The notes under the pieces were generated by a model. That model was not told where the DNA came from and did not search any database. It was given only the letters and a program-made list of their open reading frames with translations. Positions 10,320 to 19,000 of a DNA stretch of 64,000 bases are shown one piece after another. Origin of the DNA: a virus; the IMG/VR virus record IMGVR_UViG_3300046170_000173. One strand, 5' to 3'. Each line of letters starts with the position of its first letter. The stretch's first letter is position 1. Made by a program: the position numbers and the translations under genes.

Positions 10320-13300
10320 GTGTCAGCATCTAGTATACCACTAAAACTTCAAAATGCTAATGGTGACCTACAAGAATTCACTCCATCGGATGAGCTTTAT
10401 CTATCCTTTGCAGTGGGACAAGCATTAGTTGCGGCCGCTTCTAATGACGTTGGTAATATCAGTTTAACTGATGGCCAATCAATCGGTTCGTTTGTAGATT
10501 CTTACTACAATGAAATATCTGGCACCCACCCTGCTTCACAAATAACGGGTGCCTCAGTGACCACCACTCTGAAGCAAGTGAGTGGCCCAGCAGACGAATC
10601 CGGTGCAGACTTTGTCCGCCCAGTAGGTTATTACGACGTTGATCCAAACCCAGGCTTCTACGAAATGGTAGATGGGGATATGGACAACCTAGCAGGTCGT
10701 GTTCTGTCTAACTTAGTACAGAACGACTATATCGGTACTTTCAAACTGTCCGCTACTCAACCAAGTGCAGACTATACAAAGTTTATTGACTCTGTATTCT
10801 CTGACACTCATGGTAACGGTGGGGCAGGTACCGTAGTAACAAACTATCACATTTGGATGCGTACTTCTATGACGGCAGTTGCTCCAGTTCGTCCAGTAGC
10901 GACAAGCTACGACGGTTCTGGTTTCAACGGTCTACGTGAAATGACGGATGCGCAGATTCAGTACACACTGGGTCAACGTATTAAGTCAATGCGTGCTACG
11001 TCAGGAGCGATTGGTTCATACCAGTTGCGTTCCACAGCACAAGGCGCACCGACAGTCCCAGGCTCATGGTTGCCTGTAGGTACTGCACAGAACACACGTC
11101 GAACTCCAGTTGATGTTGCATACGCAAGAACTCGCGTATCTTCATACAACCGTGCACGTGTTTCTGCATACACTCGTACTCGCGTATCTTCATACACGCG
11201 TAATAGTGTAAATACATTTAGTCGTACCTTTGTAGGAGACTACACTGGTGCATATTCACGCGACTTCGTAGGTAACTACTCGCGTGACTTTGTTGGGAAC
11301 TACTCGCGTACTCGCCCATCATCGTACTCAGGTACATATGCAAGAACTCGCGTATCATCGTTTGCACGTACTCGTTTAACAGCGTTTACTGGATACTTTG
11401 CGGGAACTTACTCACGCGCACGTGTTTCAGTTTATACACGTAACCGTGTAACACCATTCACTGGTACATTCTCACGTAACCGTGTTTCAACATACACTCG
11501 TGGTCGTGTATCATCTTACGCCGGTACTTATTCTCGTAACCGCGTTTCTTCATACGTTGCAGACTATACACGCAACCGTGTTTCAACATATTCTGGAACA
11601 TATTCGGGCACTTACTCCCGTCTACGTGTTTCTGCTTATTCTGGAACATACTCGCGTAACCGTGTTTCATCTTATGCTGGAACATATACGCGCACACGTG
11701 TATCTACTTACGCAACTGACTTTACCCGCACCCGTGAAGAGAACTTCGCAGGGACTTACACTGGTTACTATACTGGCGTATTCTCTCGTGCTCGTGTATC
11801 AACATATACGCGTAACCGTGTAACAGGTTTCGCAGGTAACTTCATTGGTAACTACTCTCGCAACTTCCAAGGTAACTATTCGCGTAACTTCGTGGGTAAC
11901 TACTCTCGTGGATTTGCTGGAGATTACGTAGGTAACTACTCTCGCGTATCAACACGTACATCAACTCGCACACGTTACAGTGCTTACGCAAGAACACGCA
12001 TCACTAACTATGTTGGTGACTTTACTCGTGATCGCGTCACTAACTTTGCGGGTAACTTTGTGGGCAACTATGCTCGCACCTTCGTAGGAAACTACGGTGG
12101 TAACTTTATTGGAAACTACGCTCGTGACTTCGTTGGAAACTTCGTTGGAAACTACGCTCGCGCATATGTAGGTAACTACTCTCGCGGATTCGTAGGTAAC
12201 TACGGTCGTAACTTCCTTGGAAACTTTGTCGGAAACTACAGTCGTAACTTCCTTGGTGACTTCACCGGAAACTACGCTCGTGGTTTCGTCGGTGACTTCG
12301 TTGGAGATTTCGTAGGTAACTACGCACGTACTTCAACTCGTACATCGACTCGCACACGTTACTCTGCATATGCTCGTACTCGCGCAACGAACTACACTCG
12401 CAACCGTGGTTCTGCTTACGCTCGTACATCTACTCGTACTCGTTACAGTGCATACGCAAGAACTCGTGCAACAAACTATACAAGAACTCGTGGTTCAGCT
12501 TACGCACGTACTCGTATCACTAACTACGTTGGTGACTTCGCGCGTACATCTACTCGTAGCAGACCATCTACGTTCTCTTATGCACGTACTCTATACTACG
12601 CAGGTGACTTCGTAGGTAACTATGGTCGTACTCGTGTAACAAACTATACTCGTGCTTCAGCGGTAGGCGTGACCTATACAGGTAACTACACACGTAACCT
12701 ATACTACGTTGGTAACTATGCTCGTGGATATGCAGGCAACTTCGTGGGTAACTACACACGTAACCGTGCATTTTCATACGTAGGTGACTATGCTCGTAAC
12801 CGTGCATTCTCATACGCAGGTAACTACACACGTACTCGCGCAACAAACTACACTCGTAATAGAGTTGTTGCTGGTAACTCTACTCGTGTAAGCACAAACG
12901 GTGCTGGTTTTGTTGGTAACTTTGCAGGTAACTATGCAGGCAACTTTGCTGGTAACTTTACACGATCTACATCATCAACACGTACATCAACACGTGTTTC
13001 TACTGGTGCTGGTGGTCAGGTAACCAACGCATATTCCGGAAATAACTGGTCGTTAACTACAGGTTGGCGTTCGGATAGTGAAGGTGGAACCAATTTTGTT
13101 ACCGTTTATATTAATGGAACTTTAGTTGGAGGCATGACAGGAAGCGGAACATCTCTGACTGCTGGCGGTGTAACATATTATCGTGCTGCTTGGCGAAACA
13201 CGAATGGATTCGTATCACATTATGGTGTTACTTACCAATCGGGTGGTGCCTCTTATACTGGTAACTTTACTGGTAACTTTACAGGAACTGCTACTTACAC

Positions 13301-15206
13301 TCGTACTTCTACAAGAACGTCAACACGTACTTCGACTCGTACCCGTAGTAGCACTTTCTACTACACAGGTGATTTTGCGAACTCAACAACTTATGTTGGA
13401 GATTTCGTAGGTAACTTCGGTGGCACGTATACTCGTACTCGTACCGGAAACTACACTGGTAACTACGCACGTACTCGCACTGGTAACTACACTGGTAACT
13501 ACTCACGTACTTCGACACGCACACGTTATAGTGCTTACGCAAGAACTCGTGTTGCGACAGGTACTTACACACGTGACCGCGCTGCGACACTATACTACAC
13601 AGGTGACTTTGTAGGTAACTTCGCTGGTGCATACTCACGCACATCTACCCGCACATCAACCAATACTGGTTACTACTCACGCACACTGACTTACGCAGGT
13701 AACTACGTAGGTAACTATGCGACAACGTTCACTGGCGACTTCGTCGGTAACTATGCGCGTAACTTTGCGGGTGATTATGTTGGTAACTTCGTAGGTAACT
13801 ACGCTCGTGGATTTGCTGGTAACTATGTCGGTAACTACGCTCGCACATTCGTGGGTGATTTCGTAGGTAACTTCGTAGGTAACTATGCACGTGCATACGC
13901 TGGTAACTTTGCTGGTGACTTCGTAGGTAACTACGCGCGTACTCGTGTAACTAACTACACCCGTACTCGTAACTCTGCGTACACACGTAATCGCACACAG
14001 AACTTTGCGAACTCTTACGCTCGCACACGTGAAACAAACTATACTGGTTACTACACACGTAACCGTGCATCCGCATACGCTCGTACTCGTTACAGTGCAT
14101 ACGCTCGCACACGTGTAACTAACTACGTCGGTGACTTCACACGCGATTCAACCCGCACATCTACTCGTAACCGTGGTTCTTCATACACACGTGATCGTGT
14201 AACTAACTTCGCTGGTAACTTCGTAGGAAACTACGCAACAACGTTTACCGGAAACTTCGTTGGTAACTACGCACGTGGATATGCAGGCGACTTCGCTGGT
14301 AACTACACTGGTGACTATGCTCGTACTTCAACGCGCACTCGTTACTCCGCATACGCTCGTACTCGTGTATCTGCATACGTCCGCAACCGTGGATCATCAT
14401 ACACCCGTGATCGTGTAACTAACTTTGCTGGTGACTTTGTAGGTAACTACTCTCGCACCTTCTCTGGTCAGTACACACGTCAGTTCGCTGGTGAGTATGT
14501 TGGTGATTACGTAGGAACGTTCGCAGGTAACTACGTTGGTAACTTCAGTCGTAACTTCGGTGGAAACTACGTCGGTAACTATGCACGTGGATTTGCTGGT
14601 AACTACGTAGGAGATTATACTCGTGGATTTGCTGGTGAGTACACTGGTGCTTATTCCGGAACATACTCTCGCGGTTTCGCAGGGAACTACGTAGGTAACT
14701 ACAACCGTGGATTCGTTGGTGAGTACACTGGTACTTACAACACAACGTTTACAGGTAACTACTCACGTGGATTCTCCGGACAGTACACACGCGACTTCGC
14801 TGGTGACTTTACTGGAAACTACGCAAGAACATTTGCTGGTGAGTATACTGGTGCATACGCACGTGACTTCGTAGGTAACTTTGTAGGTAACTACAACCGT
14901 GGATACGTTGGTGAGTACACTGGTACTTACTCACGTGACTTCGTAGGTAACTACTCTCGTGTCCGTGTATCTGCATACGCACGTGTTAGACCATCATCAT
15001 ACAGTGGCGCATACACGCGTGATCGTGTATCAACATACGTAGGTGACTTCACTGGTAACTACACTCGTGACTTCGGTGGTAACTACACTCGTAACTTTGC
15101 TGGTAACTACGCACGTAGCTTCGTCGGTAACTACATTGGTGCAACCATCTCTGACACGCAGACACACGTTACAGATGTTTACACACTATATGTAAGGGTT
15201 GCATAA
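10320..15206 (+). CDS. 1628-aa putative virion fibre with mirror-complementary tetrapeptide-repeat arms (predicted giant beta-hairpin)
   Basis: GTG start; late promoter; highly biased codons; aa 268-894 and 979-1605 are built of YxRx/RxSx/FxGN/STRT tetrads; globular N-terminal base and central tip domain. Confidence 0.85.
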   Translation: MSASSIPLKLQNANGDLQEFTPSDELYLSFAVGQALVAAASNDVGNISLTDGQSIGSFVDSYYNEISGTHPASQITGASVTTTLKQVSGPADESGADFVRPVGYYDVDPNPGFYEMVDGDMDNLAGRVLSNLVQNDYIGTFKLSATQPSADYTKFIDSVFSDTHGNGGAGTVVTNYHIWMRTSMTAVAPVRPVATSYDGSGFNGLREMTDAQIQYTLGQRIKSMRATSGAIGSYQLRSTAQGAPTVPGSWLPVGTAQNTRRTPVDVAYARTRVSSYNRARVSAYTRTRVSSYTRNSVNTFSRTFVGDYTGAYSRDFVGNYSRDFVGNYSRTRPSSYSGTYARTRVSSFARTRLTAFTGYFAGTYSRARVSVYTRNRVTPFTGTFSRNRVSTYTRGRVSSYAGTYSRNRVSSYVADYTRNRVSTYSGTYSGTYSRLRVSAYSGTYSRNRVSSYAGTYTRTRVSTYATDFTRTREENFAGTYTGYYTGVFSRARVSTYTRNRVTGFAGNFIGNYSRNFQGNYSRNFVGNYSRGFAGDYVGNYSRVSTRTSTRTRYSAYARTRITNYVGDFTRDRVTNFAGNFVGNYARTFVGNYGGNFIGNYARDFVGNFVGNYARAYVGNYSRGFVGNYGRNFLGNFVGNYSRNFLGDFTGNYARGFVGDFVGDFVGNYARTSTRTSTRTRYSAYARTRATNYTRNRGSAYARTSTRTRYSAYARTRATNYTRTRGSAYARTRITNYVGDFARTSTRSRPSTFSYARTLYYAGDFVGNYGRTRVTNYTRASAVGVTYTGNYTRNLYYVGNYARGYAGNFVGNYTRNRAFSYVGDYARNRAFSYAGNYTRTRATNYTRNRVVAGNSTRVSTNGAGFVGNFAGNYAGNFAGNFTRSTSSTRTSTRVSTGAGGQVTNAYSGNNWSLTTGWRSDSEGGTNFVTVYINGTLVGGMTGSGTSLTAGGVTYYRAAWRNTNGFVSHYGVTYQSGGASYTGNFTGNFTGTATYTRTSTRTSTRTSTRTRSSTFYYTGDFANSTTYVGDFVGNFGGTYTRTRTGNYTGNYARTRTGNYTGNYSRTSTRTRYSAYARTRVATGTYTRDRAATLYYTGDFVGNFAGAYSRTSTRTSTNTGYYSRTLTYAGNYVGNYATTFTGDFVGNYARNFAGDYVGNFVGNYARGFAGNYVGNYARTFVGDFVGNFVGNYARAYAGNFAGDFVGNYARTRVTNYTRTRNSAYTRNRTQNFANSYARTRETNYTGYYTRNRASAYARTRYSAYARTRVTNYVGDFTRDSTRTSTRNRGSSYTRDRVTNFAGNFVGNYATTFTGNFVGNYARGYAGDFAGNYTGDYARTSTRTRYSAYARTRVSAYVRNRGSSYTRDRVTNFAGDFVGNYSRTFSGQYTRQFAGEYVGDYVGTFAGNYVGNFSRNFGGNYVGNYARGFAGNYVGDYTRGFAGEYTGAYSGTYSRGFAGNYVGNYNRGFVGEYTGTYNTTFTGNYSRGFSGQYTRDFAGDFTGNYARTFAGEYTGAYARDFVGNFVGNYNRGYVGEYTGTYSRDFVGNYSRVRVSAYARVRPSSYSGAYTRDRVSTYVGDFTGNYTRDFGGNYTRNFAGNYARSFVGNYIGATISDTQTHVTDVYTLYVRVA
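11121..15134 (+). repeat. 12-bp-period degenerate coding repeat (two arms, 11121-13001 and 13254-15134)
   Basis: Recurrent ttcgtaggtaactac, tacgcacgtactcgt and similar units; interrupted by non-repetitive 13002-13253. Confidence 0.9.
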
Positions 15207-15243
15207 ACAACCCTTTTATGTTATAATGATTATCTGAATATAG

Positions 15244-15264
15244 GTGGGTCTTCGGACCCACTTT
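15244..15264 (+). terminator. Hairpin with CUUCGG tetraloop, probable terminator
   Basis: GTGGGTC-TTCG-GACCCAC-TTT. Confidence 0.6.
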
Positions 15265-15313
15265 ATTAGTCATATACATAGATTTGAATTGAACCCTTTT
15301 GGAGAATGAGTAA

Positions 15314-15775
15314 ATGAGTTATAGACGTTGGATGGACAACGCATTCTGGGAAACAGAAGAGAAGAAAGAACTAAACTGTATCCTAGAAATGGAAGATGAT
15401 ATGGGTCGTGTCACCCGTCAACAAATGTTGTTGGCAAGACATGATCGTGATGGAAATACCAACGAATTGTTTTCGGAAGTCGTAGACGCACTTGGTGAAG
15501 AGTTGATTGATAAGGAAACTACCGATCGAGTCGAACGCAAAGCTGCGGAGGCGGAAGAAGAGAAACAACGTGAATTGGAACATCAAAAGGCTAGGAAACT
15601 TGAAAAACTATTCAACTACAAACTAGAAGCGTTTGAGGTTGAGGAGATTAAGAACTCTAAAAACCGGAAGTTAAAGGCAAAATTGCGTCGTGCAAAATCT
15701 AAGATTGAAGTCGATATGTACTCAATTATGATTCTACAAGACCAACTAGAGGCCGAGACAGATGGAAAAGAGTAA
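15314..15775 (+). CDS. Hypothetical protein (charged, helical C-terminus)
   Basis: 153 aa ORF with GGAG RBS; overlaps the next gene. Confidence 0.7.
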   Translation: MSYRRWMDNAFWETEEKKELNCILEMEDDMGRVTRQQMLLARHDRDGNTNELFSEVVDALGEELIDKETTDRVERKAAEAEEEKQRELEHQKARKLEKLFNYKLEAFEVEEIKNSKNRKLKAKLRRAKSKIEVDMYSIMILQDQLEAETDGKE

Positions 15776-16499
15776 AGGTTTTATTATTGTTGCGTCTAAG
15801 AAACGCAACTTTTATTTGTACGCAATCAATCTTGCAGAGTCTCTCAGGGACTACTATGAACCGGAAGAGGAATGCAAGATTTGTTTGGTGACTGAGGAAC
15901 GATTCCTTGATGACCGTGGTAGAGATGTCGCAGACGATATTCTCTTATGTGACGATCACTACCGCGCTAAGTTATGGGGTATGGCGAAATCGCCGTATGA
16001 CCTAACGATGTATATTGATGCTGACATGGAAGTAGAGCATGAAGACATCGTCAAAGTATGGGACGAAATGAAAGATCACGATGTGGTCTTCACCGCTTTG
16101 ACAGATGACCGTGACTACATATATGCAGAACGTGACTTTGATACTCCGGAAGGCGTTTCTAAGTTCACACTATGCGGAGCAGTATGTTTATATGATATGT
16201 CTAAACCGATTGTACGTGAGTTCATGGATGATTGGTGGGACTTGACATTCAGACAAATGAATGACACTTGGTGGCCAGACGGGTACGTGGACAGTCTCAA
16301 ATCTTGGGATCAGTTCTCACTCTGGTGGTTGACTGAGAAAGAAGAAAAGTATAAGGATCTCAAGGTTGGTATCTTTGATGACGACTTGAGATGGAACTAC
16401 TACAACGCACTTAATTGGGCAATAACAAAACCAGAAACAGGGCCAGTGATTATACGTCACTTCTCTGCTGGTCTTAATAAGGATACACCAATCGTATGA
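15762..16499 (+). CDS. Putative GT-A fold glycosyltransferase
   Basis: KLWGMAKSPYDLTMYIDADM (DxD), ...WDQFSLW..., C-terminal IIRH; GT8/nucleotide-diphospho-sugar transferase-like layout. Confidence 0.6.
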   Translation: MEKSKGFIIVASKKRNFYLYAINLAESLRDYYEPEEECKICLVTEERFLDDRGRDVADDILLCDDHYRAKLWGMAKSPYDLTMYIDADMEVEHEDIVKVWDEMKDHDVVFTALTDDRDYIYAERDFDTPEGVSKFTLCGAVCLYDMSKPIVREFMDDWWDLTFRQMNDTWWPDGYVDSLKSWDQFSLWWLTEKEEKYKDLKVGIFDDDLRWNYYNALNWAITKPETGPVIIRHFSAGLNKDTPIV

Positions 16500-17203
16500 C
16501 ACAGTTAAACGACCAATATCTAAAGCACGTCGACGTTAAGAACCCTGAGTTGCTTGCGATTCTGGACAACTACGCTGGACTACCTAAGATTTCTGGATTT
16601 GCAGAGAACTGTCACTGCACGTCTAAGGAACGTATGCGTCAGCGTAACTGGTACGTTGGACCAAAGTACATGCAAGAGATTGTAGATGAGGGAACGCAAC
16701 ACGAAGGTTTCCCAGATGAGATGGTAGGTTATAACTTTAAACTATCAGATCGTGCACACCAAATGTTCGAATCAGATGCAGATCCAATCTTCAAGCGTGA
16801 CATGACGCACATGTTGTCGGATCTAAACGACAAGATGATGAACTTCCTGTCTGTCAAGCACAATGCGCTTGCAGCGGTATACCCACCAGGCGGTTTCATT
16901 GCATGGCACAACAACGCTAACGCCCCAGGCTTCAACCTAATCTTCTCTTATTCGGAGAGTGGTTCAGGTTGGTTCGAGTACATCCATCCGGAAACTAAAG
17001 AAGTTGTCCGTTGCCAAGACAAGCCAGGTCAGTGGACTTGCAAGGCGGCATACTTCGGACACTACGGTGAAGAAGAGAAACTAATGTATCACGCTGCATC
17101 TTCAGAAGATGATTGGCGTGTAACCGTTTCTTATGTCTTCGACTGGTCTGAGACTTCAGAAGAATTCCGTGAGATGGTACTAGAAGACATCGCTTCAGAA
17201 TAA
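16496..17203 (+). CDS. Putative double-stranded beta-helix (2OG-Fe(II)-like) oxygenase
   Basis: YPPGGFIAWHNN...MYHAA...R.TVSY pattern (HxN...H...R); paralog at 40153. Confidence 0.5.
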   Translation: MTQLNDQYLKHVDVKNPELLAILDNYAGLPKISGFAENCHCTSKERMRQRNWYVGPKYMQEIVDEGTQHEGFPDEMVGYNFKLSDRAHQMFESDADPIFKRDMTHMLSDLNDKMMNFLSVKHNALAAVYPPGGFIAWHNNANAPGFNLIFSYSESGSGWFEYIHPETKEVVRCQDKPGQWTCKAAYFGHYGEEEKLMYHAASSEDDWRVTVSYVFDWSETSEEFREMVLEDIASE

Positions 17204-17229
17204 AACAAAATATCACGTACCCTAAGCTG

Positions 17230-17237
17230 TATAAATA
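17230..17237 (+). promoter_or_regulatory. T4-type late promoter
   Basis: TATAAATA, intergenic. Confidence 0.75.
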
Positions 17238-17274
17238 GACACAGAACGTTTATACACTTAGGGTCTTGATGACT

Positions 17275-17625
17275 ATGGCAACTTACGAAGATTTCACAAT
17301 TGATCAAGGTGCGGACCTAGCTCTACAGATAGAGTTAGTGAATCCGGACGGATCTAAGAAAGATCTCACTGGTTACTCCGCTTCTGCAAAGATGAAAAAA
17401 ACTTACAGAAGTGAAGATTCTATAGATTTCACCGCCGTGATTCCTGATCCTTCACCCGAAGGGATCGTCACATTATCCCTTACACATTTACAAACCGATG
17501 CCCTATCCACACGCGGCAGATACGTCTATGATGTTGAAATTAGTTTCGTTGATGAAGACGGACATACTATCATAGAAAGAATACTAGAAGGTAAGATCAA
17601 AGTCAACCCTTCTGTCACAAGGTAA
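17275..17625 (+). CDS. Baseplate/structural protein (BppU-N-like)
   Basis: TIDQGADL...DLTGYSASAKMKK...GRYVYDVEI...RILEGKIKVNPSVTR; start chosen at ATG 17275. Confidence 0.6.
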   Translation: MATYEDFTIDQGADLALQIELVNPDGSKKDLTGYSASAKMKKTYRSEDSIDFTAVIPDPSPEGIVTLSLTHLQTDALSTRGRYVYDVEISFVDEDGHTIIERILEGKIKVNPSVTR

Positions 17626-17629
17626 TAAA

Positions 17630-18511
17630 ATGCCAATAAGAAGAGTAGGTGGTATCACAGGGGTAGCGTCAATAAGTGGTTTTGGTTCTGGCACCAAAGT
17701 AAAACGCGTCACTGTAGGAAGACCTATCAGTAATGTCGTACAGAACATCGGTGCAAACATCAAGACGTTTGACGGTCTTGGTGATATTCCCAATATCGAA
17801 GAGTTATTACTGGGCGAGATTGGTATAAATACTCAGGACGGTAAACTCTATATCAAACGTGAGTATGATGGTGGTGTTCAAACCATTGTAGAAATCGGTG
17901 CGGTAGGAGAAGATAGCCTCTCTGCGACAACCACCTTCAATGCATACATTTATACTTCTGACGGAACACTAGAGGTAATAACAGGCGCTGATGATAAGGG
18001 TAATGTGCTACAGTATGACCCAAATCCAAACACGCCGTCAAGAATTCAAGTATATCTCAACGGTGTATTGCTCCATCAAGGAATGGACTACATCGCTGAT
18101 GATGGGGTTTCAATATCCCTAACTCACGTGGTAGATGAAGAACAAGTAGTTCAAATTGCCGCGTATCACTCTACAGGTGTTTCTTTTGGAAACGACCTAA
18201 TCTTAGATGACCACTTTGCCTTTATAGTAGGCACGAATGAAGAAACTAGATTCTATCATAATGGAACAGATACCATCATCAAACACTTAGGGTTTGAGGA
18301 TAGTCGTTTCAAAATTCAGCATCAAAATGATGATAGACTAATTATGGACGCAACGGGTGTCCAGCTAAAGGGAAACTACACCCTAAACGGACAACCTGTC
18401 GCAAACCAAATAGAAGTAGATGCTCTTAATACCCGAATCGATAATCTCGATTCTGACCTACAAGAAGTTACCGAACTACTACAAGAACTACTTCAGTTCC
18501 GACAATCATAA
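17630..18511 (+). CDS. Tail/fibre structural protein
   Basis: GEIGINTQDGKLYI and QVYLNGVLL..G.DY motifs seen in phage fibre proteins; C-terminal coiled coil. Confidence 0.6.
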   Translation: MPIRRVGGITGVASISGFGSGTKVKRVTVGRPISNVVQNIGANIKTFDGLGDIPNIEELLLGEIGINTQDGKLYIKREYDGGVQTIVEIGAVGEDSLSATTTFNAYIYTSDGTLEVITGADDKGNVLQYDPNPNTPSRIQVYLNGVLLHQGMDYIADDGVSISLTHVVDEEQVVQIAAYHSTGVSFGNDLILDDHFAFIVGTNEETRFYHNGTDTIIKHLGFEDSRFKIQHQNDDRLIMDATGVQLKGNYTLNGQPVANQIEVDALNTRIDNLDSDLQEVTELLQELLQFRQS

Positions 18512-18541
18512 AAATAAAAGTCTGGTTAAACTTGTTTTTGA

Positions 18542-18549
18542 TATAAATA
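18542..18549 (+). promoter_or_regulatory. T4-type late promoter
   Basis: TATAAATA, intergenic. Confidence 0.75.
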
Positions 18550-18585
18550 AAAACAGTATATTAACCATTCTTAGTACTCCAAGAT

Positions 18586-18945
18586 ATGATCAATAATAAG
18601 TCCTTTAACAGGGTGCTTGCCGAAAGTCTGTTTAATCTGGCCAAGAAGAAGCAGGATGAGGTTTCCTCTACTCCAGGCCAAGAAACAATTTTATTCGAAC
18701 TTATCGAAGGTACCTCATCATCAACCAATGATCGCACTGTCATTCCCGAAGCGCAGGCGTTCATTGCCCCAGGCGACACCGCCTTATTCACATTAAACGG
18801 TACTCCGGCACGTGATGACTTAATTGATGTATGGGTTAACGATGTACTTCAACATCCTGAAGAAGTATATGAAACCGTTGGAGATACTATTCAATTTTAT
18901 GAGATCCCCCCTCAAGGGACGGACATCTACATTAAATTTCGTTAG
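18586..18945 (+). CDS. Small structural protein
   Basis: VWVNDVLQHP..Y....TIQF...P beta module also present in the neighbouring fibre genes. Confidence 0.55.
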   Translation: MINNKSFNRVLAESLFNLAKKKQDEVSSTPGQETILFELIEGTSSSTNDRTVIPEAQAFIAPGDTALFTLNGTPARDDLIDVWVNDVLQHPEEVYETVGDTIQFYEIPPQGTDIYIKFR

Positions 18946-19000
18946 TATATTATTAAACGTTTAATAACCAATAACTCTAACCTAACTAGGAGATAACCTA

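Noticed and set aside
11121-15134. DNA-level inverted repeat or RNA hairpin as the cause of the arm symmetry
   Set aside because: The reverse complement of the arm-1 start (tgaagatacgcgagttcttgcgta) does not match the paired arm-2 end (cgtagcttcgtcggtaactac); the complementarity is between amino acids only.
11121-15134. CRISPR array, satellite DNA or assembly artefact
   Set aside because: No fixed repeat-spacer structure. The region is one open frame with synonymous variation, and the exact long-range register would not survive collapsed or expanded assembly.
10320-15206. Ice-nucleation or antifreeze protein
   Set aside because: Lacks the AGYGST 8/16/48-mer of InaZ and regular TxT solenoid periodicity; the pattern is irregular tetrads with mirror pairing.
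3468-15206. Diversity-generating retroelement acting on the fibres
   Set aside because: No reverse transcriptase and no template/variable repeat pair differing at adenines was seen in the window.
17824-17831. Intragenic TATAAATA matches (17824 and 50515)
   Set aside because: They are inside coding sequence and may be chance matches; not called as late promoters without transcript data.
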